From sequence record SRR22947725_1148: 44,910 nucleotides of DNA; one strand, 5' to 3'. Each line of letters begins with the position of its first letter. The first letter of the stretch is position 1. The notes below the pieces were generated by a model. The model saw only the letters and a list, made by a program, of their open reading frames with translations. It was not told the DNA's origin and did no database searches. This document shows, piece after piece, positions 9,126 to 17,443 of this stretch. A program made the translations under genes and the position numbers.

Positions 9126-10145
9126 TTATGACGCAACTCGATCTTTGATTTGGTTTTCAAATATATATGAGGCACCCCTAAAACTTCCGGCATCGGGTAA
9201 AGAGCTTTTATAAATTTTCATACCTCTTCTTTCCTCCCAGACCCTTTGGTCAAAAACGCTTCGTATAGATTGAAGTATTGAATCATCCTCATGAACAAGT
9301 TTACCCCCAAGAATGATAAGTTCAGGTTCAAAAAGGTGAGCTAATGAAACGAGCCCAAGTGCCCAATATTCTATACAATGATCAAAAATTTGTTTTGCAC
9401 AATCATCCCCATTTTCAATATGCGTACGGAGTTCAGGAAAACCGATTGCACTTTCATTCCGCAAGCTGCTTTCCTCATACAATTTATGTTCTTTGGCTAA
9501 TTGAAGAAGAACCCTTTCCGAAGCTTCGCTTTCCAAACAGCCCGTTGAATTACAGGGTGCATTACATTTACGCCCATTTTGTTTAACAATTACATGTCCC
9601 CCTAAAAGTCCTTGTGAAAAATTCCGTCCGACCAAAACTTCGTCATTCATAATGACCGATGTTGCAATTCGATTTCCGATGGAAAACTGTAAAATATTTT
9701 CACAACCTTTACCCGCTCCATAACTCCATTCACCAAGAAGTTCTGCTCGTGTAATATTTTCCATTCGCAACTTCAAGCCAGTGTTTACCATTGCCCATTC
9801 TTTGAAATTGAAATTATGCATCTCCTCAGAATATTTGGATTTCGACAAGGGGGTCATACTTCGGTTGTCAACTATTCCATCCATGCAGAAACAAAGGCCA
9901 ATACATTCTGTAATTTTAATCCCATGATTTTTGCAAAGCATACCTAGAGAATGAATAACTCTTGCTAAATGCCCCTTGAGTGATTCATCCGGAATGATAT
10001 CAAGTTTTTCACTTACCAAGATTTCACCTTTCTGTACCAAGCCAACATTTGTTTCTTTGCTAAACTCAACAGCTGCCACAATATTATCAAACAAGCCACT
10101 TTTATGTGATATGACTTCAAACCAATTTTCAGTTACTTGATTCAT
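9126..10145 (-). CDS. ROK family protein, degenerate (kinase motifs lost, no HTH)
   Basis: ROK scaffold: GIVD, LLGEWSYGAGKG, GGH-x-C-x3-C-x4-CLESEAS zinc site, LFEPELIILGG, AGSFRGA. ATG overlaps the stop of the FecR gene (10142-10145). Confidence 0.85.
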   Translation of the reverse strand: MNQVTENWFEVISHKSGLFDNIVAAVEFSKETNVGLVQKGEILVSEKLDIIPDESLKGHLARVIHSLGMLCKNHGIKITECIGLCFCMDGIVDNRSMTPLSKSKYSEEMHNFNFKEWAMVNTGLKLRMENITRAELLGEWSYGAGKGCENILQFSIGNRIATSVIMNDEVLVGRNFSQGLLGGHVIVKQNGRKCNAPCNSTGCLESEASERVLLQLAKEHKLYEESSLRNESAIGFPELRTHIENGDDCAKQIFDHCIEYWALGLVSLAHLFEPELIILGGKLVHEDDSILQSIRSVFDQRVWEERRGMKIYKSSLPDAGSFRGASYIFENQIKDRVAS

Positions 10146-11743
10146 TTGTTTAAATTCTTAAAATTAGGGTGCTCAAAACTCCCCCCCTGCCATAATGTTA
10201 CCGGCTGCATTCCATCCAAAAGACCACGAATCTCGATCTCTGATAATGCTCGCTTCCATATACAAAACTCGTCCATTCTTCCACGTAATGCTCGATTGGT
10301 AACCACCTTAACACCTTCAGGATTCCATCCGCCTAACCTAGATTTCCCTGGGACCAATTTGAATTTATTTTTTAATTTATGAAGAGAAATAACTGTACCG
10401 TTTAAATAGGATCGCGTTTCCATTTGCTTGGATGAAATGACAGCAACCAAGTTGATCCATTTGTTTATCGGTGTAGTATATTTGTAGTCAGTTTCAACAA
10501 TTCCTCGACCATGAATGCCAATCCAGCAATGACCGGGACGTGAAATTTGCCAATGCACATTATTAGGGCTCCAGCCATTGGAGTTAAATATTGGACTAAG
10601 AGTCGTGTCGCGCCTATCTATCTTGACCCAAGAAGAAAAGGTAAGTTCATCAAATTCTCCAGCAATATCCAACTCCACAAAATCTTCATTTCGATCAAAA
10701 AGTAGTGCTTTCTTTTCAGTCCATCGGCCTGTAACCCAGCGCGCATTTGAAATAATTCCATCAGAAACGATTGAGTTTTTACTTAAGTTTTTTAATTTGT
10801 TTCCCCTACTTTCAGTTTTCAAACCTCCTGGAAGAGTACTGGACTCGGACTCAACAGAATCAAAAGAAAAACAGGCAATTAGATCAGGATCCGAAATAAT
10901 TTTATTGAAATTTTGACGCCAACGAAGAAAACCAATGGAGCCAGGTTCGATAAAAATTTCAGTATCCATACTCTCTAAAAGATCAATTACTCCATTGGCA
11001 TATTTCACGGTCTGACCTTCCGTAACTTCAGAAAGTAATAATTTGGACCCTGGGTCCCTTGCATTAACCTGCCCATCAAATACATGCAATTTGCTAACTC
11101 CAGTCTCTTCATCGACCGACAACCCAAACTCAGTCCCCAAATCCACATAATTAACTCCTGGACTGGAAATTGTAAAACCTTTCGCCATTGCAGGGACTAC
11201 CGCGCGTACATTTCCTCGATGAAGGACAACCAAAAGATCACTTTTGATGTCAAAACGAACGGATCCACTCATAAATAAATCTGCACCATTTGAGAATCGA
11301 ATGTGTGCGATCCCGTTCTCAAGTTCATACCTTCCAATTCTGAACTGAGAATCAACAGGTGACATACCAGCAGTGAATTTGGAGTTTAATTGATTGAGAA
11401 TTCTGGCAACAAAAGGCTGTTCAATTAATTCTTCTGTTTGCTCGATTTCATTAATAAAAGTTTTCCTTTCATTCACTAAAAAAAATATGATCACTGCGGC
11501 TGCAGCAGAAATAGCCCAAGGCAGAAATCGAACAAGAAAATGAAGGCGAGTATTTTGATTAGGAGTTAAAGATACCGGTCCTTCAGATTTTTCTGCCAAT
11601 CCTTCTTCAACCGTTGCCATTAACCGAAAGAAATTTCTGGCTTCAATATCACCATCCAAAATTTCATTTAACTTTGACCGCTCATCCTGGGACAAAGAGC
11701 CAACGAAATATTTTTCAATAATTTCTTTATGGTTATTTTTCAT
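10142..11743 (-). CDS. FecR-family anti-sigma factor with C-terminal LamG-like (concanavalin A-like) jellyroll
   Basis: N-terminal helical anti-sigma segment, TM helix FLPWAISAAAAVIIFFLV, FecR motif VDLGTEFGLSV...LHVFDGQV, LamG motifs (ALLFD, LTFSSWVK, WINLVAV, YLNG, GRMDEFCIWKRALSEIEI). Follows an ECF sigma gene. Confidence 0.9.
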   Translation of the reverse strand: MKNNHKEIIEKYFVGSLSQDERSKLNEILDGDIEARNFFRLMATVEEGLAEKSEGPVSLTPNQNTRLHFLVRFLPWAISAAAAVIIFFLVNERKTFINEIEQTEELIEQPFVARILNQLNSKFTAGMSPVDSQFRIGRYELENGIAHIRFSNGADLFMSGSVRFDIKSDLLVVLHRGNVRAVVPAMAKGFTISSPGVNYVDLGTEFGLSVDEETGVSKLHVFDGQVNARDPGSKLLLSEVTEGQTVKYANGVIDLLESMDTEIFIEPGSIGFLRWRQNFNKIISDPDLIACFSFDSVESESSTLPGGLKTESRGNKLKNLSKNSIVSDGIISNARWVTGRWTEKKALLFDRNEDFVELDIAGEFDELTFSSWVKIDRRDTTLSPIFNSNGWSPNNVHWQISRPGHCWIGIHGRGIVETDYKYTTPINKWINLVAVISSKQMETRSYLNGTVISLHKLKNKFKLVPGKSRLGGWNPEGVKVVTNRALRGRMDEFCIWKRALSEIEIRGLLDGMQPVTLWQGGSFEHPNFKNLNK

Positions 11744-11767
11744 TTACTCGTGAACTCTCCGCTTTGG

Positions 11768-12328
11768 TTAATGATTTGCCGAGAAATTAAAAGATGATTT
11801 CGAATCCTTCGCCATCGTTTTTTCCACACAACTTGCCAACCCAACTCGGATACGTCGTAAAAGTTGGTAAAGCCCATCGGGGGTTTTTCGTAACTGTTTT
11901 GCTAAGTCCTTGATCGAATTTGCGGGATCATAGGCTTGTAAAATAAGACTTCTTTTTTGGGCAGGAAGTTTTTCCAAACAACGATCAAGAGCTTCAATCC
12001 ACTTGCTCCTAACCGAGTCGCCCTCGATTCCCTCATTAAGCAACTTTTCAACAACACTATCATCTAATACAATTTTGTCCCTTGCTTTCGTTTGTCGAAA
12101 CTTCAAAATTTCATAACGGGCAATCACGCACATCCACTTACCAAACCCATCCTCCGGATTACTAAGTTGGTCGAATTTGTTCCAAGCAACTATGCTAACC
12201 TCTTGCATGATTTCAGTAACATCCTGATAAGCAAAAACTCCAGCCCGCACATAGGCGCGAACAGATGGTTCATGCTTTGAAAGTAGACGCATGAATAAAA
12301 CATGGTCAGATTGCGAATTATCAGTCAT
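11768..12328 (-). CDS. ECF RNA polymerase sigma-70 factor (Rhodopirellula/Verrucomicrobium type)
   Basis: Region 2 (FMRLL..HEPSVRAYV, EIMQEVSIVAWNKF, FGKWMCVIARYEILKFR) and region 4 (ALDRCLEKLP, LYQLLRRIRVGLASCV). ATG at 12328. Confidence 0.92.
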   Translation of the reverse strand: MTDNSQSDHVLFMRLLSKHEPSVRAYVRAGVFAYQDVTEIMQEVSIVAWNKFDQLSNPEDGFGKWMCVIARYEILKFRQTKARDKIVLDDSVVEKLLNEGIEGDSVRSKWIEALDRCLEKLPAQKRSLILQAYDPANSIKDLAKQLRKTPDGLYQLLRRIRVGLASCVEKTMAKDSKSSFNFSANH

Positions 12329-12507
12329 CAATAAAAACGAATGGTTTTCTGTAACGAGTTCAATTTAATTATATGAAATTAACATTATATACTCTCACAA
12401 CGGATATTACCTAAATCTGACGATTTAATTTAATTTTTAACACCCAATAACTTTCTTTCCCGAAAAAATGATTAAGACTGTTCTATTTTTTTATTTTATA
12501 ATCTTAC

Positions 12508-13782
12508 ATGAAAACTTTTAAAATAAGTTCAGTTGTAGTACTATTTACAGCAGTTATTGTATTAGGAGGGTACTTCCTAATGGATACCCCATCCAAAAAG
12601 AAATGGATTATTTCGGGCGGTGAACCCAATAGTAAGTATAACGAGGTGGCGCTATCCTTAAAAAAAATAATCGAAAAGAAAAATGATCTAGTAATAGAAA
12701 TACAAAGCAGTTCAGGAAGTAAGGAAAATTTAACGAGGGTCAGTAACGGGATTGCTGATCTTTGCCTTGTACAAAATGACATTGAAGGAGACGAAAAAAT
12801 TCGTTCCATTGCAACCCTTTATGAAGAAGTTTTGCATGTCATTGTCAAGGAGGACACAACTAGTATATCTGAATTATCAGGGTGTTCGATCTCAATTGGG
12901 CCAAAGGGTGGTGGAACTGAAAATCTTGCTCTTGCAACCTTGGAACAATTGGGAATTAAAAGAAAAGATATTTCCTGTCGTAAAGAAAGTCTTCAATCAG
13001 GCTTACTTGCACTAAAGAATGGGAAAACCAAGGCAGTATGTGCAGTTACTGGGATAGGAAACTTAAGTATTAAACAATTTCTTGAAGAAGGGGGTCATAA
13101 ACTGCTTTTTTTAGGAAAAGATATTTCTGAAAATACTAAATATGTCTATCCTTACATTCATCCAGCGGTTATTCCATCCGGAGCTTACCCCATTTCGCCA
13201 GGAAAAGGTTTACCCGAAAATAAAATCCCAACCATAGGAACCAGGGTCGTTCTTGCATGCCAAAACAATTTATCAAATGACGATATATTCTGGCTCACAC
13301 ATTTTATTGCTGAAAATAAAGCATCACTCGTCCGCAGTCACCCCCTTTTAGCCCAAATGGGCTCTCCTCAAGATTTAAATCAAATTCAATTTCCGATTCA
13401 TGAAGGTGCAGAGTTACATTACGACAGAAATGAACCCAGTTTTTTTCAGGAATGGTCAGAAACCATAGGCCTAATTCTCTCAATTCTTGCAATTACTTGG
13501 GGTGCAACAACAACCATTCGGCAGATTATTCTGATGCGCTTAAAAGACAGTCTGGACAAATACTTCGAAAAAGTGGATGCCATTACCTCAGAACTAATAG
13601 ACAGCGTAGACGAAAAAAGAGCTAAAGAAATTGCTAAAGAATTACATGACATCAGAAGGGAAACCACAAAAAAGCTAATCGCAGAAGAGTTAGCGACCGA
13701 CGACTCATTTGTTATATTTCAGCGTCAACTTCACACGGCTCAACAACTGGTGAACGAAACCCTGCGTAAAAGAAAGATTTAA
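12508..13782 (+). CDS. TAXI-family TRAP solute-binding protein with N-terminal anchor, C-terminal TM helix and helical tail
   Basis: GGEPNSKY, SSGSKENL, ADLCLVQND, LYEEVLHVIV, SIGPKGGGT, FPIHEGAELHY; then hydrophobic IGLILSILAITWGA and a ~90-aa helical tail. Confidence 0.85.
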   Translation: MKTFKISSVVVLFTAVIVLGGYFLMDTPSKKKWIISGGEPNSKYNEVALSLKKIIEKKNDLVIEIQSSSGSKENLTRVSNGIADLCLVQNDIEGDEKIRSIATLYEEVLHVIVKEDTTSISELSGCSISIGPKGGGTENLALATLEQLGIKRKDISCRKESLQSGLLALKNGKTKAVCAVTGIGNLSIKQFLEEGGHKLLFLGKDISENTKYVYPYIHPAVIPSGAYPISPGKGLPENKIPTIGTRVVLACQNNLSNDDIFWLTHFIAENKASLVRSHPLLAQMGSPQDLNQIQFPIHEGAELHYDRNEPSFFQEWSETIGLILSILAITWGATTTIRQIILMRLKDSLDKYFEKVDAITSELIDSVDEKRAKEIAKELHDIRRETTKKLIAEELATDDSFVIFQRQLHTAQQLVNETLRKRKI

Positions 13783-13809
13783 ATTCCGATTGTTTAATGA
13801 ATAAGTTTC

Positions 13810-13830
13810 GTAACCCAACTTTAGGGTTAC
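13810..13830. terminator. Hairpin between convergent TAXI and fbp genes (possible bidirectional terminator)
   Basis: GTAACCC-AACTTTA-GGGTTAC, a perfect 7-bp stem; U-tracts are weak. Confidence 0.4.
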
Positions 13831-13836
13831 CCACCC

Positions 13837-14847
13837 TTACTCTTTAGATTGAATAAATCGTTCAAAATCTGACATTTCAACTCGGCTTCCAACCACGAGA
13901 GGGGTGCGTTGATGAATGCTGGTGGGTTCAATATCCATAACCCGCCTTTCGCCGTCCAATGCGATACCTCCAGCCTGCTCCGCAAGTAAGGCAACCGGGT
14001 TTGCTTCGTAAAGCAAACGCAGTTTCCCTTCCGAATTTTCATTGGTTGGTGGATAAAGAAAAACTCCTCCCTTAAGCAATGTGCGGTGAAAATCAGCAAC
14101 CATTGAACCGATATAACGGGAAGAATAATTCACGCCAAGTACTCCGGAGCGCAAACGATCAATATACTCGCCATAGCGAGCAGGAAAACCATCCCGATAA
14201 GCCTCATTGACCGAGTAATATTTTCCCTGCTCGGGCATTGTCATATTTTCGTGGCTCAATACATAGGCACCGATGGCAGGATCCAGAGTAAATCCATGCA
14301 CTCCGTGGCCAGCACTGTAAACTAGAATAGTGGAGGATCCATAAACTACATAACCAGCTGCAATCTGTTTACTTCCTGGCTGAAGAACCCATTTTTCGGG
14401 ATTATCCATAGCCACACCATCAGGTTTACGTAAAATAGAAAAAGTTGTACCAACACTTACATTAACATCAATATTAGAAGATCCATCAAGGGGATCAAAA
14501 ACCACAGCATATTTTGCTTCGTCAGATCCTTTATGCACAAGCATCGGTTCCTCATTTTCCTCCGACGCTAAAACGCCAATACTCTCCCGAGCACTAAGGC
14601 AATGAACCAGTGCTTCATTGGAAATTACATCTAATTTTTGCTGAATTTCTCCCTGAACATTAATATCTCCATGTTCACCAAGCACATCTGTCAATCCCGC
14701 ACGCCTTACCTGAGCCTGAATCATTTTCGTGGCTAAAGTAATTCCTGAAAGGAGGAAAGAAAACTCCCCGGATGCACCGGGAAAACGTTTTTGTTCACGC
14801 ATAATGTGCTGCTGAACAGTGATAATAGAAGAATTACTTAAAGGCAT
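13837..14847 (-). CDS. fbp: Class 1 fructose-1,6-bisphosphatase
   Basis: NVQGEIQQKLDV, ASEENE, FDPLDGSSNIDVNVSVGTTFSI, RYIGSMVADFHRTLLKGG, GKLRLLYEANP, IHQRTPL. Probable start ATG 14847 (MPLSNSS). Confidence 0.96.
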   Translation of the reverse strand: MPLSNSSIITVQQHIMREQKRFPGASGEFSFLLSGITLATKMIQAQVRRAGLTDVLGEHGDINVQGEIQQKLDVISNEALVHCLSARESIGVLASEENEEPMLVHKGSDEAKYAVVFDPLDGSSNIDVNVSVGTTFSILRKPDGVAMDNPEKWVLQPGSKQIAAGYVVYGSSTILVYSAGHGVHGFTLDPAIGAYVLSHENMTMPEQGKYYSVNEAYRDGFPARYGEYIDRLRSGVLGVNYSSRYIGSMVADFHRTLLKGGVFLYPPTNENSEGKLRLLYEANPVALLAEQAGGIALDGERRVMDIEPTSIHQRTPLVVGSRVEMSDFERFIQSKE

Positions 14848-14976
14848 GAGTCGAATTGGATTAATTAAAGTTTCTTTTATAACAAGTCCTAACTCAAAGT
14901 CCAAGAACGATTCTATTTCTTGTTTAAAACAAAGTTCATGATTGCCATCCTGATTTCATCAAAAAAGAGTGCTCAC

Positions 14977-16461
14977 ATGAAAAGTATAATTTTTCACCAA
15001 AGTTTTAATCTGGCAATCCTCGGTTTTTTTCTTTGTCAAATTATTGTCCATGCTTCCGAAAAAAAGAATGTTTTATTCATTATATCTGACGATTTAACTT
15101 ATACTGCCCTATCCTGCTATGGTAACAAAATTTGCAAAACTCCTAACATTGATAAGTTAGCGAAGCAAGGTACCCGATTCACCCAAGCCTATTGTCAGGC
15201 TACTTATTGCGGCCCTTCGCGGGCATCCTTTATGTCTGGATATTATCCTCACGCAACGGGTGCCTTAGGGTACAAGAATCCTCGACCTCAAATTGGGGAG
15301 CGGAGCACGTGGTCCCAGCACTTCCGAAATCATGGGTACCATGCAGCTCGGATCAGTAAAATATTTCACATGGGAGTACCGGGGGGAATTGAAAGTGGCG
15401 AGGACGGAGCAGATGATTTGCTTTCATGGGATGAGAAATACAACCGCAAAGGACCGGAGTGGCGTGCACCTGGTGATGGAGAGACTTTGCAAAAAAATCC
15501 AGACGGAAAAAAACCTGTCGTTGGAGGCAACACCTTTGTTGTGGTTGAAGCGGATGGAGATGATCTCGTTCATTCAGATGGCAAAACTGCAAAGAAAGCC
15601 GTCGAATTAATCAAGAAATACGAAAATATGGAAAAACCCTTTTGGCTAGGAGTTGGATTCGTGCGACCCCATGTTCCATTCGTTGCGCCAAGAAAATATT
15701 ACAAACCCTTCAAGCCATATTCAAATATGGTTCTGCCCGAAAAGTTCCCCGACGACTGGAATGACATTCCCAAAGCCGGGATCAATTACTGCACCAGTAA
15801 AAACATGCAGATGGATATTCGAAGGCAAAAAAAAGCGGTCGGTGGATACTACGCCTCCGTAGCCTATCTCGATGCCCAAGTGGGCAAGGTTATGGATGCT
15901 TTGGAAAAGTCAGGGAAGCGTGATAAAACGATAGTAATCTTCACCAGTGACCATGGATTCCACCTCGGAGAGCATGATTTTTGGGCCAAAGTAAGCCTTC
16001 GGGATGAATCCGCAAAAGTACCATTAATAATAAGCGTTCCAGGTAAAAAGCCTGCTGTCTGTAATTCGTTTGTAGAATTACTCGACCTCTACCCAACTGT
16101 TACAAGCTTATCCGGTTTACCCGAGCAGAGTAGGTTGCAGGGAAAGGATATTTCAAAAATGCTTGATGATCCTTCCCATACGGTTCGCCAAGAAGCATTT
16201 TCAGTCGCTCCCATGCGGAAGGGCTTTTTACTTAGAAATAAACAATGGGCTTTCATTCAATATGGTGAAAATCTACCACACAAATTGAATGGTGGCTTCG
16301 AACATGGCGGGAATGGAATCGAGCTTTTCGAAATGGAGCAAGATCCACAACAATTCATCAATCTCGCCGATACTTTAAAATACCAAACTGTAGTCGAATC
16401 CTTTCGAAAAAAATTAAAAGAGAAATTAATCGCTGTCCGCAAGAATGACTTGATCAACTAA
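14977..16461 (+). CDS. Cys-type S1 sulfatase (iduronate-2-sulfatase/choline-sulfatase-like)
   Basis: NVLFIISDDL, TPNIDKLA, CGPSRASFMSG (CxPxR), SKIFH, RPHVPF, SDHGFHLGEHDFWAK; signal-like N-terminus from ATG 14977. Confidence 0.93.
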   Translation: MKSIIFHQSFNLAILGFFLCQIIVHASEKKNVLFIISDDLTYTALSCYGNKICKTPNIDKLAKQGTRFTQAYCQATYCGPSRASFMSGYYPHATGALGYKNPRPQIGERSTWSQHFRNHGYHAARISKIFHMGVPGGIESGEDGADDLLSWDEKYNRKGPEWRAPGDGETLQKNPDGKKPVVGGNTFVVVEADGDDLVHSDGKTAKKAVELIKKYENMEKPFWLGVGFVRPHVPFVAPRKYYKPFKPYSNMVLPEKFPDDWNDIPKAGINYCTSKNMQMDIRRQKKAVGGYYASVAYLDAQVGKVMDALEKSGKRDKTIVIFTSDHGFHLGEHDFWAKVSLRDESAKVPLIISVPGKKPAVCNSFVELLDLYPTVTSLSGLPEQSRLQGKDISKMLDDPSHTVRQEAFSVAPMRKGFLLRNKQWAFIQYGENLPHKLNGGFEHGGNGIELFEMEQDPQQFINLADTLKYQTVVESFRKKLKEKLIAVRKNDLIN

Positions 16462-16506
16462 TTTCTTAATAATACTAAGCTTAAAAAATACTTCGAAAAT
16501 CAACAT

Positions 16507-17370
16507 ATGAATGAATTTCATTTACTAATTTGCATCATAATTATAATTCTCATTGCTTTAATTTTCTTTAGAAAAAAGGAAAAGAAAACATTAGGTAAGT
16601 CACCGATTAAGGCTACCAACCCATACGGTATTTTGTTAGACAACTTACTAAAACAAAAAAAAGGGAAAGAACTGACTTCGGAACAGAGGTCTATCATTGA
16701 AAGTAACATTGGTTTATACCATTGGTTACCGAAAGACTTGATCGCACCCTGGGAAGAGAGGATCATTTGTTTCCTTGAGGAATTTCCAATCACTTTCATG
16801 AAGAGGGAAATGCCGACTAAAGAAATGGAAATCCTAGTTGCTGCAGAAGCTTGTTTATTAATTGTAAATCGACCTCTTTCTGACTATCGACATCTCAAGG
16901 CAATTCATTTATGGGAGGACGAAATAAATGGAAATAAAAATGCACGAGGAAGTGCAACTCGATTTGAAATTAGCTTAAGTTGGAATTACTTGAAGCAATC
17001 CATTAAAAAAGCAAGAGATGGGCACAATCTAACATTGCATGAATTCGCTCACTTAATTGACTTTGCGGATGATGGAATTGCCCAAAGTATTCCTGTTTCA
17101 CGAAATTCAAAAGATTTCAAGCAATGGCAGGAATTAGTAAACAACGAACATAAAAAATTGATGCAAGCATACGAAGGAGGAAAGAACTATTCAATACGTG
17201 CCTATGGTGGATATGAGAGCATCAAGGGAGACAAACCGGAACTTTTTTCCTGCGGAACCTCCGCTTTTTTTGAACGCGGATCCAGATTGAAGAGGGAATG
17301 CCCTGCAATCTATAATGCACTGCAAGAATTTTATGGAATTGATCCCGCCAATTGGAGAAAAGCAGAATAG
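16507..17370 (+). CDS. Zinc-dependent peptidase, M90/MtfA-like, with N-terminal membrane anchor
   Basis: N-terminal TM helix; VAAEACLL, LSW, DGHNLTLHEFAHLID (HExxH), PELFSCGTSAFFE, PAIYNALQEFYGIDP. Confidence 0.85.
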   Translation: MNEFHLLICIIIIILIALIFFRKKEKKTLGKSPIKATNPYGILLDNLLKQKKGKELTSEQRSIIESNIGLYHWLPKDLIAPWEERIICFLEEFPITFMKREMPTKEMEILVAAEACLLIVNRPLSDYRHLKAIHLWEDEINGNKNARGSATRFEISLSWNYLKQSIKKARDGHNLTLHEFAHLIDFADDGIAQSIPVSRNSKDFKQWQELVNNEHKKLMQAYEGGKNYSIRAYGGYESIKGDKPELFSCGTSAFFERGSRLKRECPAIYNALQEFYGIDPANWRKAE

Positions 17371-17371
17371 A

Positions 17372-17400
17372 TTAATTGCTTGCTGGAAAAAAGCAATTAA
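17372..17400. terminator. Hairpin between convergent peptidase and glmS genes
   Basis: TTAATTGCTT-N9-AAGCAATTAA, a 10-bp inverted repeat; a second imperfect repeat (AAATTTCCTAA/TTAGGAGATTT) follows. Confidence 0.4.
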
Positions 17401-17443
17401 AATTTCCTAATAAAAAGATAAACATTTTAGGAGATTTATCGTT

